64,000 bases of DNA from an uncultured Candidatus Bathyarchaeia archaeon (lineage in GTDB: Archaea > Thermoproteota > Bathyarchaeia > Bathyarchaeales > Bathyarchaeaceae), in NCBI GenBank assembly GCA_964510635.1, contig CAZEBS010000004.1, positions 1,813 to 65,812 on the forward strand. The letters are read 5' to 3'. A model generated the notes under the pieces. It made no database searches, was not told the DNA's origin, and worked only from the letters and a program-made list of their open reading frames with translations. Each line of letters opens with the position of its first letter. The first letter of the stretch is position 1. Position numbers and translations under genes: made by a program. This document shows positions 19,268 to 29,738 of the stretch, in pieces.

Positions 19268-20524
19268 TCAGATGGTTCCTTCATCCCAAGTAGCTAAGTA
19301 TTTTTTCTGTTCTTGAGTGAGTTCATCAATTTCCACATCTAATGCCTTCAATTTCAGGCCTGCAACCAGTTCATCTATCTCTTTTGGCACCCGATAAACC
19401 TTAACTTTCATTCTTTCTTGTTTTGTCAGATATTCAGTAGACAAAGCTTGGTTCGCGAAGGACATGTCCATGACCTCTGATGGATGACCCTCTGCCGCGG
19501 CAAGGTTCACGAGTCTCCCCTCAGCCAGCAAACAAAGCTTTCTTCCATCCTTCAAGCTGTACTCTTCAAGATTCGGTCGCACAGTCCTTTTTGAGACAGA
19601 CATCTTCTCCAGCTCGGGTATGTTGATTTCAACGTTGAAGTGGCCACTGTTGGCGATTATGGCGCCATTTTTCATCTTCTCCATGTGTTCGCCTCGGATG
19701 ACATGAATGTCTCCAGTGAGTGTTACGAAGAAGTCTCCGATCTTCGCTGCCTCACTCATGGGCATCACACGGAAACCGTCCATAATGGCTTCCAAAGCTT
19801 TTGTCGGGTCAACCTCGGTTACTATGACTTGGGCGCCCATGCCCTTGGCGCGCATGGCTAAGCCTCTGCCACACCAGCCGTAACCTACTACAACAAAGTT
19901 TTTTCCTGCAATCATGAGACTTGTGGCGCGGAGAATCCCGTCTATTGTGCTCTGTCCAGTGCCGTATCGGTTGTCAAAGAGATATTTTGTGTATGCGTCG
20001 TTTACGGCGATGATTGGATATTTGAGGGCTCCATCTGCTTCCATGGCTCTTAATCGGATTACGCCTGTGGTTGTCTCTTCTGTTCCTCCAGTTACGTTAT
20101 CTAGCAGTTCTGTTCTATCCTTATGCAGTGTGCCCACTAGGTCGGCTCCGTCATCTAAGGTGACTTGGGGCTTATAGTCAAGTACCTTGTTTATACACCA
20201 GAAATACTCGTCGGTTTTTTGTTCGCGCCAAGCATACACATGTATTCCTTTGGTGGCAAGGTACGCTGCCACTTCGTCTTGAGTGGAGAGGGGGTTGGAG
20301 CCGCAGAGGGCAACTGTTGCGCCTCCTGCTTTGAGGGTTTCTGCGAGAACAGCTGTCTCTTTGGTGACGTGAAGGCATGCGCCTAATGTGACATTTTTTA
20401 GGGGTTGTTCTTTTTCGAAGCGTTTTCTGACTTGGGCTAATACGGGCATGTGTTTTGCTGCCCATTCAACAAGTAGTGCTCCCTGTGGAGCCAAGTTTAT
20501 GTCTTTAACTTTGTAATCTGCCAT
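19268..20524 (-). CDS. ahcY: adenosylhomocysteinase
   Basis: [49 protein letters not shown] and [21 protein letters not shown] at 20524 is chosen by homology. Confidence 0.95.
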   Translation of the reverse strand: MADYKVKDINLAPQGALLVEWAAKHMPVLAQVRKRFEKEQPLKNVTLGACLHVTKETAVLAETLKAGGATVALCGSNPLSTQDEVAAYLATKGIHVYAWREQKTDEYFWCINKVLDYKPQVTLDDGADLVGTLHKDRTELLDNVTGGTEETTTGVIRLRAMEADGALKYPIIAVNDAYTKYLFDNRYGTGQSTIDGILRATSLMIAGKNFVVVGYGWCGRGLAMRAKGMGAQVIVTEVDPTKALEAIMDGFRVMPMSEAAKIGDFFVTLTGDIHVIRGEHMEKMKNGAIIANSGHFNVEINIPELEKMSVSKRTVRPNLEEYSLKDGRKLCLLAEGRLVNLAAAEGHPSEVMDMSFANQALSTEYLTKQERMKVKVYRVPKEIDELVAGLKLKALDVEIDELTQEQKKYLATWDEGTI

Positions 20525-20672
20525 CGGAGATATCTCCTTCCCGTTTCTACTACAGGGTAATTCATAACTATTATTGTTGTTTTCGGCCTGTGAAACATAA
20601 AAATCTTGGAGATTACCCATTGTGCTATTCAAGACGGTTGATTGTATGTTATCCGAGACTTCTTGCTCTATT

Positions 20673-21992
20673 CTAATCCGCTAAGGACAGCCTCCTTTTA
20701 CAGATTATTGCCACCAAGGTCGCACCCAGAAACAACGGCGGAACAAGCCATGAGGGAAACTCTGGGATCATATTTACTAGCGGATAGTTGTCTTGATTGT
20801 TTACGTCTATAACGTGTGGTGTATCACCTATTCCGTCCCCGTCGCTGTCTGTGCCATTGTAGCTGGTCCAGTAGTTGCCTTCAGCTCCGCTGTCCCAGAT
20901 GCTGGATGAGGCTCCCACAGTGTAGACGTGGTTTGTGTTGTCAATGAAGTTGTTATTGAAGAAGCGGCTATTCTCAGAGTAGTACAGGTAGATGCCGTTT
21001 GCTGCGTTTCTGCTTATGTTGTTGCCGGAGACAGCGTTGTCGGAAGAGCCGCACAGGTAGATGCCGTGAATGTTCTCTGTGATGTTGTTTTGCATTATCG
21101 TAGAATCTGTCGTGTAAGCTAGCAGCAAACCCTGTCCATTGCGGCTGAGGTTAAGGTTTTGGACGGTTATGCCTGAGCAGTCTACGAGAGCCACATATCC
21201 TGCGTCAAGAGGAACAGTCTCGTCTTGTCGGTTAACCCAGTAGCAGATTTGTTTTCCGTTCACAGTGTTTGATTCATCTATGTCCTGGAGGAATTCAGGA
21301 AGATATGAGCCGAATACGCCAAAGTTGCATCCGTTGTCTCTCAAATCGTTGTCTCTAAGTATATTGTTTGAATAGTCGTCAATGCGGATGCCGAACCCAT
21401 TCCCACTAACGGTGTTTCCAATAACGCGGTTATCGTCTGAAGATGTAGAGAGCCAGATTCCATCCTGACTGTTTCCAGTTATTCTGTTTTCTTTTATTTC
21501 ATTGTTTGAAGAACTGCGAAGCCAGACACCAGGATAGTCGTTTCCGATGATGGTGCTGCAGATAACTGTGTTGTTGGAGGATGCGAACAGGTAGACACCA
21601 TAGAAGTTACCAGTTACGTTGCTGTTTGATAGGCGGTTGCTATGAGAAGAATTAAGATAAATACCATAAAAGAAGCCGCTGACGTCTATGTTCTGGACTG
21701 TCACATTTGTTCTTCCATTCAGATTTATTCCTGTTCCAACACCTGTCCCTTGAAGACGGTAGCCTGCCCCATCAACTACAACATCGTCTTTTTCCATAAC
21801 AATAGACTCGAAAATGTCGTCAGTGAAGGAGTAGAGGTTTCCGTCTCGAAGAAGTTTGTTTGTTCCATCTACTGTTCCGTCAGCTCGGATGTAGATGGCT
21901 CCGTCTGCTTCTACGGGCAGGATAATCTGAGCAGCCACCGACAACACACACAGACCCAGCAACAAAGCGCACAGGAAGGGCAGCTTGTCCAT
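20673..21992 (-). CDS. secreted right-handed parallel beta-helix (PbH1/NosD-like) protein with a PEF-CTERM-like anchor
   Basis: Signal peptide. More than 10 repeats of N..I..N..GI.L ([42 protein letters not shown]...). DSDGDGIGD motif. C-terminal [25 protein letters not shown]. Confidence 0.8.
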   Translation of the reverse strand: MDKLPFLCALLLGLCVLSVAAQIILPVEADGAIYIRADGTVDGTNKLLRDGNLYSFTDDIFESIVMEKDDVVVDGAGYRLQGTGVGTGINLNGRTNVTVQNIDVSGFFYGIYLNSSHSNRLSNSNVTGNFYGVYLFASSNNTVICSTIIGNDYPGVWLRSSSNNEIKENRITGNSQDGIWLSTSSDDNRVIGNTVSGNGFGIRIDDYSNNILRDNDLRDNGCNFGVFGSYLPEFLQDIDESNTVNGKQICYWVNRQDETVPLDAGYVALVDCSGITVQNLNLSRNGQGLLLAYTTDSTIMQNNITENIHGIYLCGSSDNAVSGNNISRNAANGIYLYYSENSRFFNNNFIDNTNHVYTVGASSSIWDSGAEGNYWTSYNGTDSDGDGIGDTPHVIDVNNQDNYPLVNMIPEFPSWLVPPLFLGATLVAIICKRRLSLAD

Positions 21993-22154
21993 TTGGAATT
22001 TCTCAACTCTTCAGGCTCATTTAATGTTGATTGCGCAAAAAGGGTTTTGGGTAGAAAATCCCATCTGGACTCTGAACGATTATGCAGTGCCTACTGCTCT
22101 TTTTGATTCACAAAAATCTTATTTTCTTATCCGCATACCCTACATAGAGTCTCG

Positions 22155-23297
22155 ATGAAAATAACATGGCTGATTCTAACAATCATTTTGTTGACTGCCA
22201 TCTTTTCAGTCATAGCATATAACCACTACAAAATAGAGACTGAAGTTTCTGAGGAAGACTTCTTTTTCGGCGTCTCTTTTGGCGGAAAAACAAGCAGCCA
22301 AGCGAAGCAACTTATCGACAAAGTGAAAGGATACACCAACCTCTTTCTCATCAATTCTTGGGACATCACTACAAATGAAACTGCCCTCAACGAAGTCTGC
22401 AAATATGCTGCTGAAGCTGACCTAGATTTCATGGTCTTTTTTGACTTCGTCTCACATACTGGCTATCCGTGGCACCTCACAGGATGGCTTGACACTGCAA
22501 AAGAAAGGTGGAAAAACCAGTTCTTGGGTGTTTACCTCTACGATGAACCTGGGGGACGACAAATCGTTTCAGGACAATGGGACGAAGGAATAGCTCCTAG
22601 AAACAGTTCCGATTATGGTGAAGCAGCCGAATTTTTTGTCACCAGCATCTCTTCTACTTGGAGCATGCGAGACCTCAAAAACAGGGGCATTAGCGCCTTT
22701 ACCTCCGATTTTGCATTGTACTGGTTTGATTATTTGGCTGGATACGATGCCGTTTTTGTTGAGTTTGGCTGGAACCACAGTAGACCACAGCAGATAGCCC
22801 TTGGCAGGGGAGCAGCAACCGTGCAAAACAAAGAGTGGGGAGTCATAATCACATGGACTTTTCAGCAGCCGCCTTACTTGGAGGATGAAACACGGTTTCT
22901 AGAAGACCTGAAAACAGCCTACCAAGCAGGAGCTAAGTACCTTATTGTATTCAATTACCCTACATACCCTCAAGACAACCCCTACGGGATACTAGCAGAT
23001 GAACACTTCGACGCCATGGAAACATTCTGGAACATGATGCGTTCGTCCCAAAGTTCTCTTGAGAAGGTGGAGGCAGAAGCAGCCTTTGTTCTTCCCAAGG
23101 ATTACGGCTGGGGCATGCGACGACCAGATGACAACATCTGGTTCCCAGAATGGGGTCCAGACAACAAATCCGCTTTGATTTGGGAAAACATGAACAAGCT
23201 CATCGCGAAGTATGGGCTGAAGTTAGACATAATCTACGATGACCCACGCTTCGGCTTTGAAGAAAAATACTCGAACAGCTACTTTTGGAATGACTAA
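22155..23297 (+). CDS. membrane-anchored uncharacterised protein, paralog of 58552-59793
   Basis: N-terminal TM. Long collinear identity with the other copy, for example YTNLFLINS/YTNLFVLQS, NETALNEVCKYA/NETATNEVCDYA, FALYWFDYLAGYD, NPYGILADEHFDAME/NPYGILTDEHFEAMQ and DYGWGMRR. Confidence 0.7.
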   Translation: MKITWLILTIILLTAIFSVIAYNHYKIETEVSEEDFFFGVSFGGKTSSQAKQLIDKVKGYTNLFLINSWDITTNETALNEVCKYAAEADLDFMVFFDFVSHTGYPWHLTGWLDTAKERWKNQFLGVYLYDEPGGRQIVSGQWDEGIAPRNSSDYGEAAEFFVTSISSTWSMRDLKNRGISAFTSDFALYWFDYLAGYDAVFVEFGWNHSRPQQIALGRGAATVQNKEWGVIITWTFQQPPYLEDETRFLEDLKTAYQAGAKYLIVFNYPTYPQDNPYGILADEHFDAMETFWNMMRSSQSSLEKVEAEAAFVLPKDYGWGMRRPDDNIWFPEWGPDNKSALIWENMNKLIAKYGLKLDIIYDDPRFGFEEKYSNSYFWND

Positions 23298-23324
23298 ATA
23301 GACTGAAATTCACGTAATTTTGGA

Positions 23325-23804
23325 TTAACCAACAAACTCCAGTATGCAACAGTCCGATTTGCCGCATTTTTGGGACTTGAGCGTAAACTCCATGTTTGGT
23401 GCTAGTTCAGAAACCCAGACCTTATATTCAGTTGTGCAGACCTTTTTTCCTACCTTTTCAGCGAGGTGTTCTCGCCCGCTTTTAATCATCAAATTATACC
23501 AAGGGCAATCCGTTATCGAGATTCGAAAGCCATTTGCTGTCTTTTCTGCCGTGAACTTGAAGCCCTCCAACCTAAGCCTTGTTTTCAAGCCCTCAAAAAG
23601 CACCTTTGGTCCCTCTTCAAGTCCCAAAAACTTTTTGATCATTCTAGCCTGAATCTTCGGCAATACTTTCCACACTTCATCGTCCACTTCGAGGGCAGCG
23701 TCAAAGCCGTAATTTTCTTCCACTTTCATGAACCATAATCCATCGACAGCCGTATAGCTGCGACTGAAATACTCGGCAATCTGCTGTGAACTCAATTCTG
23801 TCAT
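23325..23804 (-). CDS. hypothetical protein (possibly ATC-hydrolase/DUF6125-like)
   Basis: 159-aa ORF with AVDGLWFMKVEE...DCPWYNLM...CGKSDCCILEF. The family recollection is weak. Confidence 0.45.
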   Translation of the reverse strand: MTELSSQQIAEYFSRSYTAVDGLWFMKVEENYGFDAALEVDDEVWKVLPKIQARMIKKFLGLEEGPKVLFEGLKTRLRLEGFKFTAEKTANGFRISITDCPWYNLMIKSGREHLAEKVGKKVCTTEYKVWVSELAPNMEFTLKSQKCGKSDCCILEFVG

Positions 23805-23883
23805 GTAACCACATTCAGTTCATAGAAGCCTACTTGTAAATTAGACTTTTCTAGAAGATGCTAGAACAAGCAAAAACTGCGAA

Positions 23884-25278
23884 TTAGTTGGTTTTGTTCA
23901 TTTCGGGTCGTTTAGCGTGGATGGCTGCAACGGTTGCTGCAACCTGATTTTCGTCTACCAACAGGATAATCTGGGAGGTGTGAGGCGCAAAAATTCCTCG
24001 TTTGATGTTTATTTGGGGTATCGCCCCGATGGCAATTGAGGCAACTCCAGAAGAGTACTTCATTCCGTCTCCGATAAGGGTGACAACACCAACGCCGTAC
24101 TCTATCGTTAACTCTTCATCAAAGCCTTTGAGCCGTTTTTCATTTTTTCTCAGAAACTCTGAATCCAGAAACAAAAAGTCGCGGATTCTTTTTCCTGTTT
24201 CAAGGGTTTCAGTGCCTAAGTCCAGAAAATCGTTACGGTTTTCCCAGATTCTCAAGGCATCCTCAAAAGAGCGGCTGTACATATCGTCCATCGAAAGAAT
24301 CGCGCAGCCCTTTTTTCCAGTAACACATTTCACTGTTTGGTCATCGTCGCTTTCAGGATGAATCATCGTATACTCCTCAGGCTTAACTATAGACATGACC
24401 TTAATCTGCTGCCCAAACTGCTTTGCCATCGAGATTGCGTCGCCCTGAACAATCTTCATTCCCATCCTCGACGCTTTATGAGCCTCATTATACGTCAAAG
24501 AAGTAAGCTGCTCAGTTGCCTGACCTTTAACCATGTTCGGGTCAGCACTCTGAATGGGCAGTTCCTTGAAAAGAACTGTCTCAACATTGAATTTCCGCTT
24601 CAGTAAGCATGAAACAAAAACTGCTGAAAGGTCAGAGCCGCCCCTTCCAAGGATGGTCTCTAAGCCGTCACTCGTTATTCCAAGGAAGCCGCCTAAAACA
24701 ACAGTTTTTCCTGCTTCAATGGATTTGATGAGAGGGTCAGTTCGTTTTTTGCTTAACTTTAGGCTTGGGGTAGAATTTTCGAAGTTGTCGTCAGTTACAA
24801 TAGGCCAGTCTTCCTTGGTGACATGGCAAGAATCTAGACCATTGCTTTTCATGATGTAATCCATAAGCACAGAAGTTGGGAGTTCTCCGCCGTGGGTAAG
24901 AAACTTCGCTTTAACAGTCCCGTGAAACCGTTTGTTTATCAAAGTCGTAGTTTCTTTTAGTTGACGACGATACTTTGACAACTCATCAAGAGCCTGCTTC
25001 AGGTACTCGCCTTTAACGAATTTCTTGGCCAAGCTCTCATACACATCAAAGATGGAATCTACGGAAAGCGGTTCAGAGTGAGTATAGGATTCGCCGATTG
25101 TGATTAGCTTGTCTGTGAATCCGTTTGGCGCAGAAAATACAACTACTGGACCACAGCCATTCTGGTTTTTGAGAGCGGCTACATGCTCCAGAATGGCTGG
25201 TATGTTCTCGCCTTCGTGACTCAGGAGGCTTCCGCCAAATTTTGCAACTGAAAGCGTTTTTATGCTCTTCACCCTCAT
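23884..25278 (-). CDS. aspartate kinase (amino-acid kinase domain + C-terminal ACT domains)
   Basis: VAKFGGSLL, GRGGSDLSA, and tandem ACT-like C-terminal segments (AILSMDD..., VGVVTLIGDGM...). ATG at 25278 (MRVKSIK). Confidence 0.8.
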   Translation of the reverse strand: MRVKSIKTLSVAKFGGSLLSHEGENIPAILEHVAALKNQNGCGPVVVFSAPNGFTDKLITIGESYTHSEPLSVDSIFDVYESLAKKFVKGEYLKQALDELSKYRRQLKETTTLINKRFHGTVKAKFLTHGGELPTSVLMDYIMKSNGLDSCHVTKEDWPIVTDDNFENSTPSLKLSKKRTDPLIKSIEAGKTVVLGGFLGITSDGLETILGRGGSDLSAVFVSCLLKRKFNVETVLFKELPIQSADPNMVKGQATEQLTSLTYNEAHKASRMGMKIVQGDAISMAKQFGQQIKVMSIVKPEEYTMIHPESDDDQTVKCVTGKKGCAILSMDDMYSRSFEDALRIWENRNDFLDLGTETLETGKRIRDFLFLDSEFLRKNEKRLKGFDEELTIEYGVGVVTLIGDGMKYSSGVASIAIGAIPQINIKRGIFAPHTSQIILLVDENQVAATVAAIHAKRPEMNKTN

Positions 25279-25337
25279 ACTCAGCCATACAGGAAACACA
25301 ATACTATTTTAAGCCTTTTTATGCGCCAAAAAATGTT

Positions 25338-25718
25338 TCAATCTTTTTTGTCAGGCTGAATCTTGTACGCCAACCCCGAAAACATCGCCACATCCTTGTC
25401 CCCTTTCTTGATCACTACGCTGCACAGCGCCAAAGTTTTTTTGTCCGAAACAGTTGTTGCCTCAGCAATCAAAACATCACCCTCCGCGGTTGGACGCAAA
25501 TAGTTAATGCTGACTTGAATAGCAACCGCTTTCCTGTCGCCAAAGTTTACGGCTTCAGCAAAAGCACAGTCAGCCAAGGCAAACAATACGCCTCCGTGGG
25601 TGAAGCCTACAGCGTTGGTGTGTTTCTTGGTGATTTCGATGGACATTCTTGCGTATCCATCTTTTATTTCATGAACTTTGATTCCCAAGAGTTCTCTAAA
25701 ATAGTCTGTTCCTTTCAA
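25338..25718 (-). CDS. paaI: PaaI-family hotdog-fold thioesterase
   Basis: LGIKVHEIKDGYARMSIEITKKHTNAVGFTHGGVLFALADCAFAEA matches the PaaI/4HBT-type thioesterase pattern. Its 4-nt overlap with livM suggests co-translation. Confidence 0.8.
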   Translation of the reverse strand: MKGTDYFRELLGIKVHEIKDGYARMSIEITKKHTNAVGFTHGGVLFALADCAFAEAVNFGDRKAVAIQVSINYLRPTAEGDVLIAEATTVSDKKTLALCSVVIKKGDKDVAMFSGLAYKIQPDKKD

Positions 25719-26743
25719 GGTTGCTCACTTTTGATTATTTCTGTGCGTACGTAATGATACAGCTTACGCAGTAACGAGGTTACTCCCTTTGGTAAGAGAA
25801 TAACGACTATAACAAGGAAGATGCCTAAGCCAACTAGCCGTATTGCGGGGCCAACATTACTTACGGCAGGAAATAGTGGACTTAGGGCAGAATTCAGAAA
25901 CGGATCTATGTTTATCAGGAAATGGTCAATGAAAACCATTATAACCGAACCGATGACGGGCCCTTCAATTGTGCCCAATCCTCCGATTACGGACATCATC
26001 AAGGGCATAAACGAGTTGTCTGCAGAAAATATTGAGATATGTATGTATCTTTGGAAGTGGGCATAGATGGCTCCAGATAGACCAGCAAAAAATGTGCTAA
26101 GCACAAAGGCGTAGAGCTTGTATTTGGCTGTGTTTATGCCAATCATACGTGCTTCAGCTTGATTCTGGTGTATAGCTCTGAAAGCCAAACCCATTTTTGA
26201 CTTCATTATGAAATACATTGCAGCCACACATGCTATGCTGATTAAAACTGCAAAATAGTAAAACGGCAGCCTTGAAGAAAACAGTAGAGGCGGAGTTCGG
26301 AAGCCGAGAATGGCGTGTGTAATGTCATCGAATTCGCTGAATAATGTTGCGGCAATAATCGAAAAGCCGAAGGTTACCATGGCGAGGAACCAAGCTTTCA
26401 GTCTCACGCATGTGATGCCTATCAAGAATCCGATTGCTGCGGATAAGGCGCCCGCTAAGAAGATTCCGATTATTGGGGGTATGCCCAAGTTTATTGCAAG
26501 GAGTGAGGACGTGAAGCCGCCCATTCCTAGGAATGCTGCGTGCCCAAGGGAACCTTGTCCTGAGCTGGCTAACAGATTCCAGCTTGATGCATATATTGTG
26601 AAGATTGCGATGAGCGTTAAGATGTGAAGCATGTAATTGTCACTTAATACAAGGGGGATAACCAAAGCAAATGCGATTGCGATTAGGGCTAGTCTACCTT
26701 TTGTGGTTTGCAGAAGTTTTAGTAGATTTTCTTTTGTGAGCAT
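25715..26743 (-). CDS. livM: branched-chain amino acid ABC transporter permease
   Basis: Polytopic. SGQGSLGHAAFLGMGGF and LGTIEGPVIGS motifs. Start overlaps the livH stop (ATGA-type junction at 26743). Confidence 0.9.
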   Translation of the reverse strand: MLTKENLLKLLQTTKGRLALIAIAFALVIPLVLSDNYMLHILTLIAIFTIYASSWNLLASSGQGSLGHAAFLGMGGFTSSLLAINLGIPPIIGIFLAGALSAAIGFLIGITCVRLKAWFLAMVTFGFSIIAATLFSEFDDITHAILGFRTPPLLFSSRLPFYYFAVLISIACVAAMYFIMKSKMGLAFRAIHQNQAEARMIGINTAKYKLYAFVLSTFFAGLSGAIYAHFQRYIHISIFSADNSFMPLMMSVIGGLGTIEGPVIGSVIMVFIDHFLINIDPFLNSALSPLFPAVSNVGPAIRLVGLGIFLVIVVILLPKGVTSLLRKLYHYVRTEIIKSEQP

Positions 26744-27606
26744 TAGTCGCCTTTCTCTCCAAAAAGTCCTTCAGGTCTAAGAATTAGAACAGTTATCAGA
26801 AGTGCAAATGCAACGGCGTCTCCCCAGATGCCGCCGAGGGTAGCAGATGCAAGATTTTCTGCGATTCCAAACAATAGACCACCGATTATGGCGCCTTTTA
26901 TGCTTCCCAGTCCACCTAAAATTATGATGGCAAATGTTTTGATGGTTGGCAGTGCCCCGATATATGGGTTGAAGGGAAAGATTATGCCAAACAGTGTACC
27001 TGCAGCACCAGCTAAGGCAGCACCTAGCACAAAAGTGAAGATGTAAATGTGTTCAATGTTTATTCCCATGAGCATTGCGGCTTGGCTTTTTTGGCTAGTT
27101 GCCCTCATAGCCATGCCAATTTTAGTTTTGTTAATCAGGAATAATAACCCAACAAGTATGGCAACCACAACTCCAAAAGCAATTAGCAAATCATAACGGA
27201 GGAACACGTCACCCAATTGCAAGCCCATTCCCTTGAATGGACTGGTGAGCCATTTGGAGTCTTCACCCCATATCAAAACAGCTACATTGTCAAAAATTAG
27301 AATCAATCCAAGGCTTACAAAAATTTCATTGAGTTTGTCTGCACCCAAAACCCTGCGGAAAGCCAGCCGTTCTACGCCTAATCCAATTAATGCAATCACT
27401 CCCATGGACACAAAAATTGATAGATAGACATCTAATCCTAATCCGGTAGAAACTGAGTAGCTCACATAAGCGCCCAACATCAAAAGTTCACCGTGGGCAA
27501 AATTCACCAGTTTCATTACACCAAAAATTAGATTCAATCCGGTTGCTAACAAAACGTAAATTGAACCGATAGCAACGCCCCAAATCAGAATTGTGGCATC
27601 AACCAT
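26743..27606 (-). CDS. livH: branched-chain amino acid ABC transporter permease
   Basis: LIFGVMKLVNFAHGELLMLGAY and LGGLGSIKGAIIGG motifs. Confidence 0.9.
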   Translation of the reverse strand: MVDATILIWGVAIGSIYVLLATGLNLIFGVMKLVNFAHGELLMLGAYVSYSVSTGLGLDVYLSIFVSMGVIALIGLGVERLAFRRVLGADKLNEIFVSLGLILIFDNVAVLIWGEDSKWLTSPFKGMGLQLGDVFLRYDLLIAFGVVVAILVGLLFLINKTKIGMAMRATSQKSQAAMLMGINIEHIYIFTFVLGAALAGAAGTLFGIIFPFNPYIGALPTIKTFAIIILGGLGSIKGAIIGGLLFGIAENLASATLGGIWGDAVAFALLITVLILRPEGLFGEKGD

Positions 27607-27732
27607 TTGTGTTTCAACCGTGTTTTTAGCTATATTTTACCGCAAACATCGGTTATAAGGGTAATTCACGAGGAAATATGAAAATAAAGAAAAAAGGATG
27701 GTTGGGAAGTTCCATTTTGACTGAAGTCATTC

Positions 27733-29094
27733 TCATGGACTTCCTGGCTCGTAGTTGTCTGGAAAGACAAAGTCTGCTTGCTTTATGTCGCCCACTACTG
27801 GAGCAGTCGCAGGCCAGATTACTTTTGGTCTACATTCGCCAACAGTTTCATCATAGTATAGCTGTTCCACGAAAGTAAATGGCGCAATTTCATGGTAGTT
27901 GTCTTCACCTGTGCCGAATTCGATTTTGCCTGTTTCAGTTATGATTAGCATCTGGTCTAAACTGCAATCTTCTAGGGCATCTCTAACTGCACTCTTCTCT
28001 AGTGTTCCTGCTCGTTCGATAGCATCTTTTACGATGTAGAATGCGTCGTATGTGTCAGCTCCCATCATTCCTGGAATTGTATTATGCTTTGCTTCGTAGT
28101 CTGCAACGTAGGTGTCCATCATTGACAGGTAGAAGGGTGGTCCAGCGTAGGAGGCAAATTTGGATTCTAGCAGTTGGCCATCACCATATTCGCCTAGTGC
28201 GGTGTAGAATTCTGGCTCTTCACAGCATTCAACAGCTATGTAAACGCTGTTTAATCCAACATCGGTTTGTCCTTGTGTGTAGATGACTGCAGTGTTTGTT
28301 GTGAAATCTACAACATATACGGCGTCAGGCTCAGCGTCTTTGACGGTATTTAGTTCTGTTTGGAATGTTGTTTTTGTTGTTTCGTAGTTTACTTCAGCAA
28401 CAATGTCAATTGGAAGGTTGTCATCTTCTATGAAGCCTTTGGTTGCTTCCCAGACTCCTTGTCCGTACGCGTCGTTACGGTACAAGACTGCAAGCCTGAG
28501 ATTCCTTGTCAACCCGTATTCGCTCTCAAGTAGCGGTTTCATGGCTTCAGCGAAGAAATGTGCAACTGTTTCTGAATAGTGGTAAACGGTGGTGCAGTAG
28601 TGGAACATGTAACTCATTCCTTCTGCATCGTCAATCTTCAGAGCATGTCCATCTGGTAGAAATCCTCTTCTTGTTACAAGATGAGTTGAAGCACCTGTTA
28701 TTACAAAGGGAACCTTTTGTTCTATGGCATATACTTGACCTGCAAGGGTTGCGCTGCTTCCGAATCCGCCTATAAGGACGTCAACGCCTTGGTCCACAAC
28801 TCGTGTGACCTCACCTGGCGAAACCTCAGGATTTGCAGTTTCTGTGTCAGCGACTACAATTTCTACTTTAAGTTTTTTACCTAAAGATTCAACGTAAATT
28901 CCGCCATCGGCATTGATTTCCTCAGCTGCCATTTTGGCGGCTCTGTCCATGTCCTGTCCTACAGGTATTGAAAGAGGGGCAACGAGACCAATTTTGATAG
29001 TTTCTTCAGCGGGCATGAATTGCCAGACAGCAACAGCTGCGGCGACAACAACAATCACGATAACGACTGCGGCAACTAATTTAGTATTTACCAT
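27733..29094 (-). CDS. ABC transporter substrate-binding protein (LivK/type I PBP fold), membrane-anchored
   Basis: N-terminal TM (LVAAVVIVIVVVAAAVAV), then IKIGLVAPLSIPVGQD...IGGFGSSATLA, typical of Leu/Ile/Val-type binding proteins. Confidence 0.85.
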   Translation of the reverse strand: MVNTKLVAAVVIVIVVVAAAVAVWQFMPAEETIKIGLVAPLSIPVGQDMDRAAKMAAEEINADGGIYVESLGKKLKVEIVVADTETANPEVSPGEVTRVVDQGVDVLIGGFGSSATLAGQVYAIEQKVPFVITGASTHLVTRRGFLPDGHALKIDDAEGMSYMFHYCTTVYHYSETVAHFFAEAMKPLLESEYGLTRNLRLAVLYRNDAYGQGVWEATKGFIEDDNLPIDIVAEVNYETTKTTFQTELNTVKDAEPDAVYVVDFTTNTAVIYTQGQTDVGLNSVYIAVECCEEPEFYTALGEYGDGQLLESKFASYAGPPFYLSMMDTYVADYEAKHNTIPGMMGADTYDAFYIVKDAIERAGTLEKSAVRDALEDCSLDQMLIITETGKIEFGTGEDNYHEIAPFTFVEQLYYDETVGECRPKVIWPATAPVVGDIKQADFVFPDNYEPGSP

Positions 29095-29143
29095 CTTAGT
29101 TTCCTCTAAGTTCGTAAGTATTGTAATTAAAGTGTTAATAAGA

Positions 29144-29734
29144 TTAACCCAAATTAACCTGTTTAGTGCCCATTTTGAAGGCTTTTAGGTTAAGTTCCAC
29201 ATATTTTTGCTTGAGTCTGCCGCTAATAGCCTTCTCAAGCGACTCAGGGGTTACGAGATTCTCTGGAATAGCTGAAAGGGCGCCCAGAAGGACTGTGTTG
29301 ACTACAAGAATGTTTCCAAGTTTTGTGGCGATGTCCAGTCCATCAACCTCATACACCTTTTGTGCCCTAGCTCTGATAATATCTAAAATCTTTTCAGCAT
29401 TCAAATCAGCTGATGCGGCAGCTGATGTGCTAGGCTGAATATATTTGGTGTTCACTATTACTGTCCCATCTTTTTTCAGCATTGGAAGAACTCGTGCAGC
29501 CTCAAGCAACTCAAAACCCAGTATTACATCAGCTTTTCCAGTTTCTATCAATGGAGCCTGAACCTTTTTGCCAACCCGAACATGAGCAACAATGGAACCT
29601 CCCCTCTGAGCCATACCATGAACCTCCGCCTTCGCTACGTCCCAGCCGTCAAGAAGAGCAGCTTCACAAAAGATGTCACTCGCAACCACAATGCCTTGCC
29701 CGCCTATACCCGAAAAAACAATATTCAGCACCAT
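29144..29734 (-). CDS. iorB: indolepyruvate:ferredoxin oxidoreductase subunit beta
   Basis: NIVFSGIGGQGIVVASDIF...EVHGMAQRGGSV-like (HGMAQRGGSIVAHVR) gamma-domain signature. Lies 4 nt downstream of iorA. Confidence 0.85.
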   Translation of the reverse strand: MVLNIVFSGIGGQGIVVASDIFCEAALLDGWDVAKAEVHGMAQRGGSIVAHVRVGKKVQAPLIETGKADVILGFELLEAARVLPMLKKDGTVIVNTKYIQPSTSAAASADLNAEKILDIIRARAQKVYEVDGLDIATKLGNILVVNTVLLGALSAIPENLVTPESLEKAISGRLKQKYVELNLKAFKMGTKQVNLG

Positions 29735-29738
29735 TTCT

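Noticed and set aside
20525-20672. 148-nt leader upstream of adenosylhomocysteinase, inspected for an SAH/SAM-type riboswitch
   Set aside because: I could recognise no conserved riboswitch core or convincing stem architecture. The track-extended ORF here (MNSTMGNLQ...) is also unsupported by homology.
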